NCBI GenBank assembly: GCA_044440125.1
Contig: JBITAJ010000021.1
Coordinates: 1-64,000, forward strand
Source: Sedimentisphaeraceae bacterium JB056
GTDB lineage: Bacteria > Planctomycetota > Phycisphaerae > Sedimentisphaerales > Sedimentisphaeraceae
DNA length: 64,000 nucleotides
Direction of reading: 5' to 3'
The position numbers were made by a program, and so were the translations under genes. The notes beneath the pieces were generated by a model. It was not told the DNA's origin, searched no databases, and saw nothing but the letters and a program-made list of their open reading frames with translations. Below are positions 28,543-38,664 of this stretch, piece after piece; within the stretch, counting starts at the first letter, position 1, and every line of letters begins with the position of its first letter.

Positions 28543-30060
28543 TCAATTTTCTTTATGATTAATAGTCCAGACGGTCAATCCTTCCAGATTCTTATCGTCA
28601 GGTTTAATAAACAAACTAAGCAGAATACCAATGATAAAACTGGTAATATTAAGAAGTATTATCATCCAGAATTTATCCGGCATTGACTTTGAAACCGATG
28701 GTACAAAAAGCCAAACAACAGATGCTGAAATTGCAAATACTACAGATAATGCCGCAACCTTATTACTCACACGCTTCGTAAAGAAACCAAGCCAGAACAA
28801 AGCAAGCAGCCCGCCGCTTAATACGCTCGTAAGTAAGCTCTGCAAATCAGCAAGAGTTTCGGTTCTTGAATAATGTATTATGAGAGCTACAGCTATCATC
28901 AGAGCACCAAATATCATCGATATAATTCGACCAACCTTCAAGTACTTTTCCTCTGAAAGATCTGTTCTGTAAAAGCGTCTGTAGAAGTCATTGGTTACTG
29001 TTGCAGCCGAAGCGTTTATACTTGAATCAAGCGTACTCATAGCTGCTGCCAGCAAACCGGCTATAACAAAACCGGCAAGTCCTGCCGGCACTTCCCTGAG
29101 AATAAAGAATGACAGCACTCTTTCAGGTACAATGTTATTGACCTCAGGATCAGGAAAAGCTTTATAGAATACGTATATCGCAGTTCCAATAAAAGTAAAA
29201 TAAACCCATACAGGTAAACTCAGCAATCCGCCGACATAAAGAGCCTTCCTTGCTTCTTTCTCATTCCTTGGCGCGATGTACCTTTGTATAGTCATCTGGT
29301 CCGTACAACCTAACTGAAGAAAGTTAAATAAAGACATCAGCATCATTACCCATATCGTTTTTTCACTGAAAGTAAAAGCAGTAGCCCCCATCGACATTTT
29401 AGAATCAGCAGAAGCTGCTTCCATCAATTGACTCCAGCCTCCCGGTAATTTCATCAGCACAATCGGCAAACATATAAAACCACCTATTATGAGAGCCAAC
29501 CCCTGAAGCAAGTCAGTCCATATAACAGCTTCAAGCCCGCCTGCGATTGTATAAGCAGCTACAATTATACCAAAAAATATTATGATTACAGGCATACCGA
29601 AACCGGTCATTTCTTTTATCGGCAGACAAACAGCATAAAGTATAACTCCAAGCCTTGTCATTTGAAAAAGTATAAAACTAAGTGCAGCATAGATTCTCGC
29701 CCAGGAGCCAAATCTTCTTTCCAAATATTCATATGCACTTGATACATTTGAACGTCTGAAAAACGGCATATATATGCATACCATAACAATCAACGCAACT
29801 ATATAGCCAACATGACACGGCATATATCGCCAGTTTTCCTTAAAAGCAAATCCCGGTGCTGCTAAAAAGGTCATTGAACTTATTCCGGTTGCCATCAGAG
29901 AAAAACCAACCACCCAACCCGGCATGTTTCTTCCTGCTAAAAAATAAGTTTCAGAACTCTTATTTCTTCTGGCACAATAACCTCCAATAAAAACCATCAC
30001 ACCGAAAGTAAGCAAAATAACTAAAAGATCAGGAATACGTAATAGAATTTGTGATAACAC
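28543..30060 (-). CDS. Sodium:solute symporter (SSS) family sugar transporter
   Basis: YFLAGRNMPGW, YEYLERRF, GGLEAVIWTD, AAAMSTLDS; many transmembrane segments. Confidence 0.93.
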   Translation of the reverse strand: MLSQILLRIPDLLVILLTFGVMVFIGGYCARRNKSSETYFLAGRNMPGWVVGFSLMATGISSMTFLAAPGFAFKENWRYMPCHVGYIVALIVMVCIYMPFFRRSNVSSAYEYLERRFGSWARIYAALSFILFQMTRLGVILYAVCLPIKEMTGFGMPVIIIFFGIIVAAYTIAGGLEAVIWTDLLQGLALIIGGFICLPIVLMKLPGGWSQLMEAASADSKMSMGATAFTFSEKTIWVMMLMSLFNFLQLGCTDQMTIQRYIAPRNEKEARKALYVGGLLSLPVWVYFTFIGTAIYVFYKAFPDPEVNNIVPERVLSFFILREVPAGLAGFVIAGLLAAAMSTLDSSINASAATVTNDFYRRFYRTDLSEEKYLKVGRIISMIFGALMIAVALIIHYSRTETLADLQSLLTSVLSGGLLALFWLGFFTKRVSNKVAALSVVFAISASVVWLFVPSVSKSMPDKFWMIILLNITSFIIGILLSLFIKPDDKNLEGLTVWTINHKEN

Positions 30061-30077
30061 AGAAACTCCCTTTTCAA

Positions 30078-30105
30078 AATGGCCGGAGATTAACCCCCGG
30101 CCATT
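30078..30105 (-). terminator. Intergenic stem-loop after the LamG-dockerin gene
   Basis: Minus strand AATGGCCGGGGG-TTAA-TCTCCGGCCATT then TT; G-U pairs form only on the minus strand. Confidence 0.7.
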
Positions 30106-30140
30106 AACTCACTAAACTTAAATATATTAACTATTGAAAT

Positions 30141-31709
30141 TTACTGTCCATCAACAATACCGCTTGCAAGCCATGAATCGGCAAACACGCCAAAATCAGA
30201 CATATTAACAACACAGTCGCCATTGAGGTCATTACCAACAACATTACACTGTGTCTCTATTGTAGTCTCAATTCCCTGATTGTAGTTTGCTTCTACTTCA
30301 GCGGTACTTAGTACTCTATTGTAAACACGAATTAAAGCAATATCACCCTCAAACGAATAAGCACTTGATGGAGAAACCTTTGCGATCATATCTGGAGCAT
30401 CCAGAGCAAAATCAGCAACTTCAGTAACACCAGCTAAAACCTTAACCGTATTTGCTCGTACATTCTGCCCATTGATCCACAGCGAGAAAGTCGTGCCTAC
30501 ATTTCCGGTAAAATCGTCTTTTTCGATAGTCGTACGTGTTCCTACAAGCTGAATCCACTGATCTGCATCATACGACTGGTAATGATTATCAACCATACTG
30601 AATATACTCTTTGATGCAGTTTCAACTGTCTCATTATCCCTGATGTTAAATTCTATCGCATACTCAACACCGCCGTAATCCCTAATTCCAAAACGCCAGC
30701 CGGTATCAGACGCGGCGGCATTACCAATTATAGCACCTCGTCCCGCACTGCCGCTCTGTATAGCAGGTACACGGACCCATGTTTCAACAGTGTAGGCTTC
30801 ATCGGCACCAAATTTAAGGTTGGACTCAGGCATGATATCGGTAACATCATCGCCGTCAAATTCATAATACCATATGTAACTTCCAGCCTCCGAACCATCG
30901 ATTCTCTTGAGTACTGGTGCAGGGTCGCTAAGTTCACCTGTTCCATTTTCAGTCGAAGCACTTGGCTGCCAATAAGTAAGTACCTGATCGCCCGCATCAG
31001 CCGCATCAAGCTCAAGAACCAAGCCATCTGTAGTTGCTATCTGTCCGAAAGCAGCATCGTTAGGTACATAATTGGGATCATTTGTCCAGCAGATAGCATC
31101 CACTCTCGCAGAATTAGCACCGGCTTCTCTTTCGTTAATCCTGAATACAATTTTACCTTCAGTATCAAGAACGAATTCCTTTTCAGCTCCCGCGCTGCTT
31201 GAAGAAGCTCCCAACCATGTCCATTGTCCATCACCAGCACCACCATTACCGGCAACATCATTATTCAAAATATCGTCGGCATCGTCAACTCCTGCAATCG
31301 CGGCAGAATACCATGCAGCACCGCTGCCGTCACCACTGTCGTTTTTAACTAACAGATAGTTGGCTTCTTCGGCATCAACTTCAGGCTGATTCACACGCAC
31401 AAAACAATACCATGTACCTGAGAGTGTTATTGCAGGTTCGGATATTGCAGCAGAATCAATAGAATATTCAGCCCACCACTGATCGATCTGCTCTTTAGGT
31501 GAGTACTGATCAAAATAGAAGGCCTGACCTGAGGCATTCTCTACTGAAACATCAGACACAAATTCCGCAGTCTTTGCATCATAGCTTTCTGCTTCAATCC
31601 AAATCAGGGCTCTGTCTTCTGATGAGTTGTAATCAACCCAGAAATCAGATGCCAGCATCGTTGAGCAAACACACACAACAATAGTCAAAATAAAATTTAA
31701 CTTAACCAT
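30141..31709 (-). CDS. Secreted protein: CBM-like N-terminal domain + LamG + dockerin-like motif
   Basis: WIEAESYD N-terminal domain; YTVETWVR...FEGDIALIRVYNRVLS; DLNGDCVVNMSDFGVFADSWL. ATG 31709 has a GGAG RBS. Confidence 0.82.
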   Translation of the reverse strand: MVKLNFILTIVVCVCSTMLASDFWVDYNSSEDRALIWIEAESYDAKTAEFVSDVSVENASGQAFYFDQYSPKEQIDQWWAEYSIDSAAISEPAITLSGTWYCFVRVNQPEVDAEEANYLLVKNDSGDGSGAAWYSAAIAGVDDADDILNNDVAGNGGAGDGQWTWLGASSSSAGAEKEFVLDTEGKIVFRINEREAGANSARVDAICWTNDPNYVPNDAAFGQIATTDGLVLELDAADAGDQVLTYWQPSASTENGTGELSDPAPVLKRIDGSEAGSYIWYYEFDGDDVTDIMPESNLKFGADEAYTVETWVRVPAIQSGSAGRGAIIGNAAASDTGWRFGIRDYGGVEYAIEFNIRDNETVETASKSIFSMVDNHYQSYDADQWIQLVGTRTTIEKDDFTGNVGTTFSLWINGQNVRANTVKVLAGVTEVADFALDAPDMIAKVSPSSAYSFEGDIALIRVYNRVLSTAEVEANYNQGIETTIETQCNVVGNDLNGDCVVNMSDFGVFADSWLASGIVDGQ

Positions 31710-31764
31710 ATTGCACTCCATAATTAAAACATTAAAATATAAAAAAACACTAAATTCAATTCAT

Positions 31765-32616
31765 TTATTCAAAATCAGGCCAGTAAAAACTTACGCCTGT
31801 CCTATACTGCATAAAAGGCCTGAAATTCTGAAACGGTACCCAGGCAGAACTTCCGTCTACAAAGGAAGCATTCATTCCCTCTGGTTCACCTATTTCGGCA
31901 TTTTGGTATGGATGATTAGAGTTGTATTTGCCATCACCTAATGAGGCAAGAGAACACATATCTCCGGAAATTGCTTTAGTAGGTTTGGATCTTGATGTCT
32001 TTACAGGTGAAGGAGACCGGCTGTTCAGGTCCCTGTCAACAACTTCATTTCTTGGTGGTACAGCTATTATTTCATCAAATCTCACTCCGCCAGAAGTAAT
32101 TGCTATAAGCTCATTGTCCGTCATATTATAACCTGTAAATAATGAGTAGTCCCCATCAAGATAAGATTGATTAGCGGGAGCACTATCAACTTCTTCTATA
32201 ATTTGAGTCCACCCCATGCCAAGAATACTCACACCATTTACACTGTGGCGCGGTGCATTTTTAGGAACTGAAGGACAGAAAAACGCCTCAGGACCGCTAA
32301 GATAAGGCTTTAGAAAAGAACCTATCAAATCACAATAAACATCACTTCCTCCAGACTTAACTTTGTAATACTGAAACGGCCAACTGTAATCATATTTCCT
32401 ACCCGCAATATTTCCAAATCTTGCAGGATAATAATCATCATTGGCAGCAGCATAAGTACTTGCCGCGATATTCCACTGCCGACAATTACTCAAACAAACA
32501 GTCCTTCGGGAACTCTCCTTAACCTTCGACAAAGCCGGCATCATTATAGCCATAAGTAACGCAATTATTGAAATCACAACAAGGAGTTCAATAAGAGTAA
32601 AGCCTCTCTTCTTCAT
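31765..32616 (-). CDS. Prepilin-type N-terminal cleavage/methylation protein (DUF1559-like)
   Basis: MKKRGFTLIELLVVISIIALLMAIMMPAL; CLSNCRQW; NH...GMNASFVDGS. Confidence 0.9.
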   Translation of the reverse strand: MKKRGFTLIELLVVISIIALLMAIMMPALSKVKESSRRTVCLSNCRQWNIAASTYAAANDDYYPARFGNIAGRKYDYSWPFQYYKVKSGGSDVYCDLIGSFLKPYLSGPEAFFCPSVPKNAPRHSVNGVSILGMGWTQIIEEVDSAPANQSYLDGDYSLFTGYNMTDNELIAITSGGVRFDEIIAVPPRNEVVDRDLNSRSPSPVKTSRSKPTKAISGDMCSLASLGDGKYNSNHPYQNAEIGEPEGMNASFVDGSSAWVPFQNFRPFMQYRTGVSFYWPDFE

Positions 32617-32662
32617 AATTCAAACCCTTAAATATATTTTACAACTACTAACTTATTCTACC

Positions 32663-33694
32663 CTACAATTTATAAGTGGAATCTCTGACAATTAATTCTG
32701 TCGGTAATATTCTTCTGCAGTCTCCCAGTAATTCAGCCTGCTTTTCTCCATATTTAACAGATATCATATCCATTAGAAGACCTGATGCTTCAACACCTAT
32801 CTTATATGGATCGAGATCTACCGTCGTTAACTTAGGACGGATGAGATCGACATAACCTGAAATATTGCCAAAACCAACTACTGACAATTGCTCTGGAACA
32901 CTGTAACCAAGATCTGCTAAATTCAATATGCAAAATGCGGCGACAACATCATTATCACATATTACAGCAGTAACATTCATCTTTTGAATCTCCTTCGCCA
33001 CTGAAGAAGCATCATTACCTTTATAATCCTTTTCAGGTATGATAATCGATTCAAGACTACTAAAACCGGCTTCATTCATGGCCATTTCATAGCCTTTATA
33101 GCGTTCCAATGTTGAAGAATACCCCCAATCCTCATCCCTTGAAATAAAAGCTATATTCCGATGTCCAAGACTTAAAAGATGATTAGTCGCCTCAACAGAA
33201 CCGCCAATATTATCTAATCCGACAAATCCAAGATCAGGCACATTAACATCCCTGTCAACCACAACAACTGGGATACCGTGTTTCTGTAAATCTTCGAGAT
33301 AGCTGTAATCACAATGAGGTCCCTGATGAAAAAGCATTACACCTTCAACACGCCTGTCAACAATGCTCTCAAGAAGCCTGTCGCCTTTGCGAAGCGTTTG
33401 TGACCACTGCATTGCCAGAATATCATACCCTTGAGGTACGAGTGCCGCCTGAACTCCAGCAAATACATTACTCTGGAAATGCCTGAATTCAGAAGCAAGG
33501 TATGCAACAAGCTGAGTACGCCCTGTATTAAAGGAGTTGGCAAGGCGATTTTGTCGATAGTTATACTTATCAGCAGTTTCAAGTATAATTTTAAGCTTAT
33601 CAGGTGAAACACGATGGCTATCCCGCCCCAGAGCTCTGGAAACAGTCATCTTAGAAACACCACACTTTTGAGCTATTTGATCCAATGTTATCAT
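32663..33694 (-). CDS. LacI-family transcriptional regulator
   Basis: ITLDQIAQKCGVSKMTVSRAL HTH; LGHRNIAFI; VPEQLSVVGF; LIVRDST. Confidence 0.95.
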   Translation of the reverse strand: MITLDQIAQKCGVSKMTVSRALGRDSHRVSPDKLKIILETADKYNYRQNRLANSFNTGRTQLVAYLASEFRHFQSNVFAGVQAALVPQGYDILAMQWSQTLRKGDRLLESIVDRRVEGVMLFHQGPHCDYSYLEDLQKHGIPVVVVDRDVNVPDLGFVGLDNIGGSVEATNHLLSLGHRNIAFISRDEDWGYSSTLERYKGYEMAMNEAGFSSLESIIIPEKDYKGNDASSVAKEIQKMNVTAVICDNDVVAAFCILNLADLGYSVPEQLSVVGFGNISGYVDLIRPKLTTVDLDPYKIGVEASGLLMDMISVKYGEKQAELLGDCRRILPTELIVRDSTYKL

Positions 33695-33707
33695 TGACAA
33701 TCCCTTA

Positions 33708-33743
33708 TGTTACCGAGAACAAAACACCTTGTTACCGGTAACA
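33708..33743. promoter_or_regulatory. Tandem LacI-type operators TGTTACCGAGAACA (33708) and TGTTACCGGTAACA (33730)
   Basis: One perfect 14-bp palindrome and one near copy 22 bp apart, directly upstream of the LacI gene. Confidence 0.8.
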
Positions 33744-33826
33744 TAGTAACAGAAAAAAAACCGAAATCAAGCTTTTTTTCATAATTTCCAACAAATCACC
33801 TTCTTAAAGATAAAACACATAGTAAT

Positions 33827-33868
33827 AAAAAGACAAAAGCCTGCCAAATCCTAAAACCCAGCAGGCTT
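33827..33868 (-). terminator. Intrinsic terminator of the 38629-33882 operon
   Basis: Minus strand AAGCCTGC...GCAGGCTT followed by TTGTCTTTTT. Confidence 0.75.
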
Positions 33869-33881
33869 AAAATCCAATTCA

Positions 33882-34679
33882 TCATGACTTAAAATCAGAA
33901 ACGGCGTCTTTAGCAACAGCAAAAGCTTTCTTTGATGCTTCATTGATAAAGACTGTATCAACACCGATAGCAATAAAAGTGAATCCGTCAGATATTGCTT
34001 TCTTTATGCTTTCATCGGTCGGTATCACAACATGCAGCCCGGCAGACTTACCTGCCCTCTTGCACGCATCAAGCACCTTACGGCAACCCTCATTGACGAG
34101 CGGATGAGATGTCTGACCCGGTATATTATATGAGCCGCTCAAATCATAAGGCCCGATAAATACACCGTCAACACCGTCAACCGCCAGGATTTCATCGATA
34201 TTCTCTATCGCTTCCTTACTCTCAATCATAACAACTACCGCAATATCATCATTGGCAGTTGTAAGATACTCGTTGAATTTTTCGCCGTAATCATTCATGC
34301 GTGAAAAACAGAAACCACGCTCGCCCTGCGGCGGATACTTAGCCGCGGAAACTGCCTTACGTGCCTGCTCCGGTGTACTGACCAGAGGAACAATAACGCC
34401 CATCGCTCCCATGTCAAGTGCTTGACGAATCACCAAAGTATCATTCTCACGGACACGGATCAGAGGCACCGGTCCCCGTCCATACATTCCACGCATTATA
34501 TTGCTGAAAGAATCTATCGTTATGTCTGTATGCTCACCATCGGCGGCAATCCAGTCATAAGCGGTGTTGCAGAGTGTTTCAGAAACGGCCGGATGCCCTA
34601 TCTGAATCCATGTACCGAGTGTTACTTTTCGCTCAAGAAGAGCCTGTCTTACAGGATTTTGTGTTCCCATTTTATCCAC
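33882..34679 (-). CDS. HpcH/HpaI-family class II aldolase (2-keto-3-deoxy-sugar acid aldolase-like)
   Basis: DGEH, LDMGAMGVIVP, KYPPQGERG, MIES, FIGPYDLS. Confidence 0.92.
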   Translation of the reverse strand: MDKMGTQNPVRQALLERKVTLGTWIQIGHPAVSETLCNTAYDWIAADGEHTDITIDSFSNIMRGMYGRGPVPLIRVRENDTLVIRQALDMGAMGVIVPLVSTPEQARKAVSAAKYPPQGERGFCFSRMNDYGEKFNEYLTTANDDIAVVVMIESKEAIENIDEILAVDGVDGVFIGPYDLSGSYNIPGQTSHPLVNEGCRKVLDACKRAGKSAGLHVVIPTDESIKKAISDGFTFIAIGVDTVFINEASKKAFAVAKDAVSDFKS

Positions 34680-34682
34680 CTT

Positions 34683-35765
34683 TTATCTTGCGATCTCGCG
34701 TGATTTACCAACACGATTGAAATATTCCTTAGCCCGCCATTGCGGACCAAGATCGCTTACTGTTTTTTGTACAACAACGCTCATTCTGTTACCAAGATTG
34801 AGCCCATTTTTAACCCTTACCTCAAGTGCCGCGGCATCGTCAATTTCTCCATCTGGAGTTATGCCTATAAATCCGCCGATAATACCGGCACTGCAACTGT
34901 CGCCTGCACCGAAACGATCGAGTACAACATAATCGAAACGATCGCTTGTTACAAACTCTTTGCCATTTATAAGTGCAACAGATGTCCACTCACCGCGTTC
35001 GTTGGTAATTCTCTTTCTCACGGTCATAATGATAACAGGCACTTTACCTTTGAATTTTTCATCCAGTCCCTTGCATATATCCTCACAGCAGGCAACCAGA
35101 TCATCCATGCTCTTATCATCATCAAAGCCTTTGTCAACGCCAAAGACAACGCGGGCATCAGTTTCGGTGATAACAACAGAGGTAAACAATTCGTCCTCAA
35201 CCATTCCCATCAGTGCATCATGCGCCTGAGCAGGAGACCAAAGCTTGTTGCGATAGTTAATATCAATGAATGTCGGCACATTATTCTGTTTAGCGGCTTG
35301 AAGTGCAAGCCTTGTATTGACAAGTGTATTTTCACTCAAAGCTGCTGTTATACCGGAAGTAAAGAAAGCATCCGCCCCCTCAAGACAACTGAAATCAAAC
35401 TCGCCCGGTTTGGCGTTTGCAATCGCAGAATACGCCCTGTCATAGCCGCCTTCTGCCGTTATCGGACCAAGCCCCTGCTCAACAAAGCATAATCCGTTTC
35501 TGTCGTCATCTGTCCAGATAACATTATCCATACCGATAGTATGCTTCTGCATATCCATGCGAAGCAGTCTGCCCATAAGGTCGTCTTTCATCTTAGAGAT
35601 AAACTCAGTTTTGATACCTTCTGCCAAACCACCGACTTTGCCAAGTACGTTTGCTTCCGAACCGCCGGCAAGTATCATATACTCATTGAAATCTCCAAAC
35701 GCCGCATAACCAACCGGTCTGATAGCGCCAAGAATTTCACCAAATGCTGCAACTTTCTTGCTCAT
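34683..35765 (-). CDS. PfkB-family sugar kinase, KdgK-like
   Basis: FGEI, GGSEANV, SGITAALS, DINYRNKLW, DRFGAGD. ATG 35765 has an AAGGA RBS. Confidence 0.88.
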   Translation of the reverse strand: MSKKVAAFGEILGAIRPVGYAAFGDFNEYMILAGGSEANVLGKVGGLAEGIKTEFISKMKDDLMGRLLRMDMQKHTIGMDNVIWTDDDRNGLCFVEQGLGPITAEGGYDRAYSAIANAKPGEFDFSCLEGADAFFTSGITAALSENTLVNTRLALQAAKQNNVPTFIDINYRNKLWSPAQAHDALMGMVEDELFTSVVITETDARVVFGVDKGFDDDKSMDDLVACCEDICKGLDEKFKGKVPVIIMTVRKRITNERGEWTSVALINGKEFVTSDRFDYVVLDRFGAGDSCSAGIIGGFIGITPDGEIDDAAALEVRVKNGLNLGNRMSVVVQKTVSDLGPQWRAKEYFNRVGKSREIAR

Positions 35766-35770
35766 AATAT

Positions 35771-36679
35771 TTATCCTTTTATTGCCTTTTCCCATGCCTC
35801 GATTACATAGCCGTAATAAACATCAAGACGTTCCATCGGGTCTTCTCCCGGCAGAGTCCGCATCTCAATACTCGCTGAACCTCTTGCCTCTTTATTGAAA
35901 TACCCAACTTCAAGACCTACTTTGAAAAGCTCTGCCAGATCATCGATGCCATACTCACCGCCTTCAATGCAAAGAGCCACATGCTTATCACCATAAAGCT
36001 TATGATCCTTATCATTTTTAATGCAGTTGCCAAGATGGATGTGTGCAAGAAACTCACCGGTATCTTTTACTGCCTGCTCTAATGTTTCGTGCATAAGCGG
36101 TATATGACACATATCAACCATGCTTGCAATATTATCAAATCCTTTAGCCTTTACCCTCTTGCAGATTTCAACCGCCTCTTTAGATGAGCCAATAAGTTTA
36201 CACTTTGACATATCATAATCTGTCGGCTCTATCATAATCAGCATCTCAGGTGCAAACTCGCATATCTGACAATAGAAATCCACAAGCGACTCAAAAGCCT
36301 GCTCTCTGTTTTCCAGATTATTGGGTCCACTGTTGGTGATAACTTTCACCGCACCGCATCCCTTGCCTCTTACGATTTCATCTTTATAAACATCAATCGT
36401 GTACTGCTTCTTTTCAGCATCCAGAGAAGCCGGTGCAAGAGACGGCTTGCCTGCTCTGTTGCCGCAGTTGTAGTATATCTCTTTGCCAGAATTTGCGATA
36501 AGCTCAATCTCTTTACTTCTCAGCGGCTCATCATCTGCCACCCAGAGATCAAGAATCTCAAGACGCTCATCATCTATCACTTTCTTCAATGTATCGTAAT
36601 GCCCTTGTGATGTAGCACACTCGTTGGCAAAAAGCAAATGATGATTGAGACCTAATTTTACATAATCTTTAATACTCAT
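35771..36679 (-). CDS. Sugar phosphate isomerase/epimerase (xylose-isomerase-like TIM barrel)
   Basis: IEP, DMCH, HIHLGN, GDKH, IE metal-ligand pattern. Confidence 0.8.
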   Translation of the reverse strand: MSIKDYVKLGLNHHLLFANECATSQGHYDTLKKVIDDERLEILDLWVADDEPLRSKEIELIANSGKEIYYNCGNRAGKPSLAPASLDAEKKQYTIDVYKDEIVRGKGCGAVKVITNSGPNNLENREQAFESLVDFYCQICEFAPEMLIMIEPTDYDMSKCKLIGSSKEAVEICKRVKAKGFDNIASMVDMCHIPLMHETLEQAVKDTGEFLAHIHLGNCIKNDKDHKLYGDKHVALCIEGGEYGIDDLAELFKVGLEVGYFNKEARGSASIEMRTLPGEDPMERLDVYYGYVIEAWEKAIKG

Positions 36680-37479
36680 TTCGATTTAACCTCTTTCTGT
36701 ATATCCAGATAGTTCGACCAAACCTCTGTGACAGTTTCTCCTGTAAGTTTTACAGTATTACCTTCTGAGAAAACCGCAGGATAATATTCTTTGAGCTTAG
36801 CAGTATAATCACTGTCAGCCAAATCTATTTCAAGCTCTATCGGTCCTACAAATTTAAGAGGTTTTACACTCAAACCATTCGACATAACATTCTTAGTCGC
36901 ATCGTAGATTTTTTTTGCGGTAACCGCAGGAGTATAACAGAGAGCTTCAAACTCACCCATCGCCTCTTTAACGCTTACCGTTTTCACACCTGCAACTATC
37001 TGCTCTGCCTCTGCCATACCGGCACTGTCACCTGTAACTAACCACAGCGGCACATCAAAATCACCGGCAACCGCAGCTTCCATACCAATCTCACCAACAA
37101 TTTTGCCATTGATACGAATGTTAAGATTTTTGCGTGAGTAGCTGTGAGGAAGCAATGCCCCCTCTACCCCGCTTCTGGCATGAAAACCTACCATCATCAT
37201 CGCATCATACGAAGAATCTATTCCGCCCCAGTCTTTGCGGTAGGCGGGTTTACCCATAATCACGCTCACCGAATCAGGCAATTGCGAAATATCAACATTC
37301 CTGCCGTCAGTATGCTCATCGTAAATTATTATCTCATGCTCACCGGTCGCAAGAATACCTTTGATGCAAGCAAGCAGGTCATTCATAAGCATTTCTCTGC
37401 CAAGCTCGCTGCCTTCTGCCTGCTGATAGGTTGTTACACCGGTAACACCTTCTATATCACTGCGAATCATTATTTTCAT
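36676..37479 (-). CDS. Peptidase M55 (D-aminopeptidase DppA-like) protein
   Basis: MKIMIRSDIEGVTG, DEH, VGFHAR, LPHSY, GEIG, VTGD. The alternative start GTG 37500 overlaps the upstream stop. Confidence 0.85.
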   Translation of the reverse strand: MKIMIRSDIEGVTGVTTYQQAEGSELGREMLMNDLLACIKGILATGEHEIIIYDEHTDGRNVDISQLPDSVSVIMGKPAYRKDWGGIDSSYDAMMMVGFHARSGVEGALLPHSYSRKNLNIRINGKIVGEIGMEAAVAGDFDVPLWLVTGDSAGMAEAEQIVAGVKTVSVKEAMGEFEALCYTPAVTAKKIYDATKNVMSNGLSVKPLKFVGPIELEIDLADSDYTAKLKEYYPAVFSEGNTVKLTGETVTEVWSNYLDIQKEVKSK

Positions 37480-37496
37480 AATTACACTCTCAATTC

Positions 37497-38180
37497 TCAC
37501 ACAGCCACGTCAGGATATTCATTGCAAAGATAATGAAGCATCGGTTCATCTTCTTCCACTTCGCAAAATCTTCCGCAAGTCTCCAAAAATACATTATCAT
37601 TTACATCATCACAAATCGTTCCAACCTCACCTGAAAGAGTAACACCTGTGCCTTCTTCACTCCAGAACTCATGGATTGTACCAGCGGGAATCAAGACGCT
37701 TTCACCGGGAGTAAGACGTATTATTTCATCAGCTTTGAGTTTTGTTTTAACACCGTTTACGCTAAGCTCAAAATCCTCATCAGATTTCTGCCCATCAGCG
37801 GTTGCCTTTGATGCCTGTACAAGAATATTCCCGCCGCCGCGGTTAATTATATCTTCTGTCTTTTTACGATGAAAATGGATAGGTGCGGCTTGATTCTCAT
37901 CTATGAAGATGAACTTTTCAGAATAGTTTCTTGAACATCCATCGTATGCGTTGCTGCCGTTACGCAATGTAAAAAGAGTACGGCCTATTCTTTCATAGTT
38001 TCCAAGCCCGAAATCGGTTACATCCCAGCCAAGCATAAGCTTTCTTATATCATCACACTCGCTGCCCTTTGATGCCCAGTCATCAACCGTCCAGAAAGCA
38101 AATGGCGGCAATGCCATATTCATTTCTTTGGCAAACTTTTTAGCCGCTTCGATATGTGCGTTTATTTCTGATCGTTTCAT
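37497..38180 (-). CDS. D-lyxose/D-mannose isomerase family (cupin)
   Basis: MKRSEIN, LPPFAFW, GWDVTDFG, LFTLRNG, HFH.KK.EDIINRGGG, L.PGES, GEV...DD..DN.F. Confidence 0.92.
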   Translation of the reverse strand: MKRSEINAHIEAAKKFAKEMNMALPPFAFWTVDDWASKGSECDDIRKLMLGWDVTDFGLGNYERIGRTLFTLRNGSNAYDGCSRNYSEKFIFIDENQAAPIHFHRKKTEDIINRGGGNILVQASKATADGQKSDEDFELSVNGVKTKLKADEIIRLTPGESVLIPAGTIHEFWSEEGTGVTLSGEVGTICDDVNDNVFLETCGRFCEVEEDEPMLHYLCNEYPDVAV

Positions 38181-38629
38181 CTTTTAACTTTCATACAAAT
38201 TTTTCTTACTTTACATGTCCCATCAAGATCACAGTTAGGACGATGCACATCCTGTGGATAGAAAACTGCAAACTTGCCCGGCTCCATTACAATACTTGAA
38301 AAAGTATCAGGAGCAACAAATTTGGTTACATCTTTTACGCTGTCATAAGGTGCCAATGGCTCAAGCTTTGCAGCCAAAGCAACATCCTGCCTCTCACAAC
38401 CGTCACGCAATATCTGAACATCAAAATAATCAACATGTGATTCGAACTTTCTTTGTTCGGCAGGCGAAGTTTCATAGCTTTGAACCTTCGCAACCATATC
38501 CTTGCCTTCAACTTCATAATCACCATCAGGTTGAGAAAGGTCAAACTCCATAGCATACTTTATTGCCTTATAGAGCTTATCGCCTTCTTTGCAGTATAAA
38601 CCCATATTTTCAAACGTATCATAGATCAT
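38177..38629 (-). CDS. YhcH/YjgK/YiaL family protein
   Basis: FESHVDYFDVQ, FAVFYPQDVHRP, VRKICMKV. Confidence 0.92.
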   Translation of the reverse strand: MIYDTFENMGLYCKEGDKLYKAIKYAMEFDLSQPDGDYEVEGKDMVAKVQSYETSPAEQRKFESHVDYFDVQILRDGCERQDVALAAKLEPLAPYDSVKDVTKFVAPDTFSSIVMEPGKFAVFYPQDVHRPNCDLDGTCKVRKICMKVKR

Positions 38630-38664
38630 AATTTCAGCTTTCTTATTAAAATATCCTTAATTTA

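Noticed and set aside
37432..37447. TGTTACACCGGTAACA resembling the LacI operator
   Set aside because: Lies in coding sequence (GVTGVT) and has a 2-bp longer spacer than the real sites.
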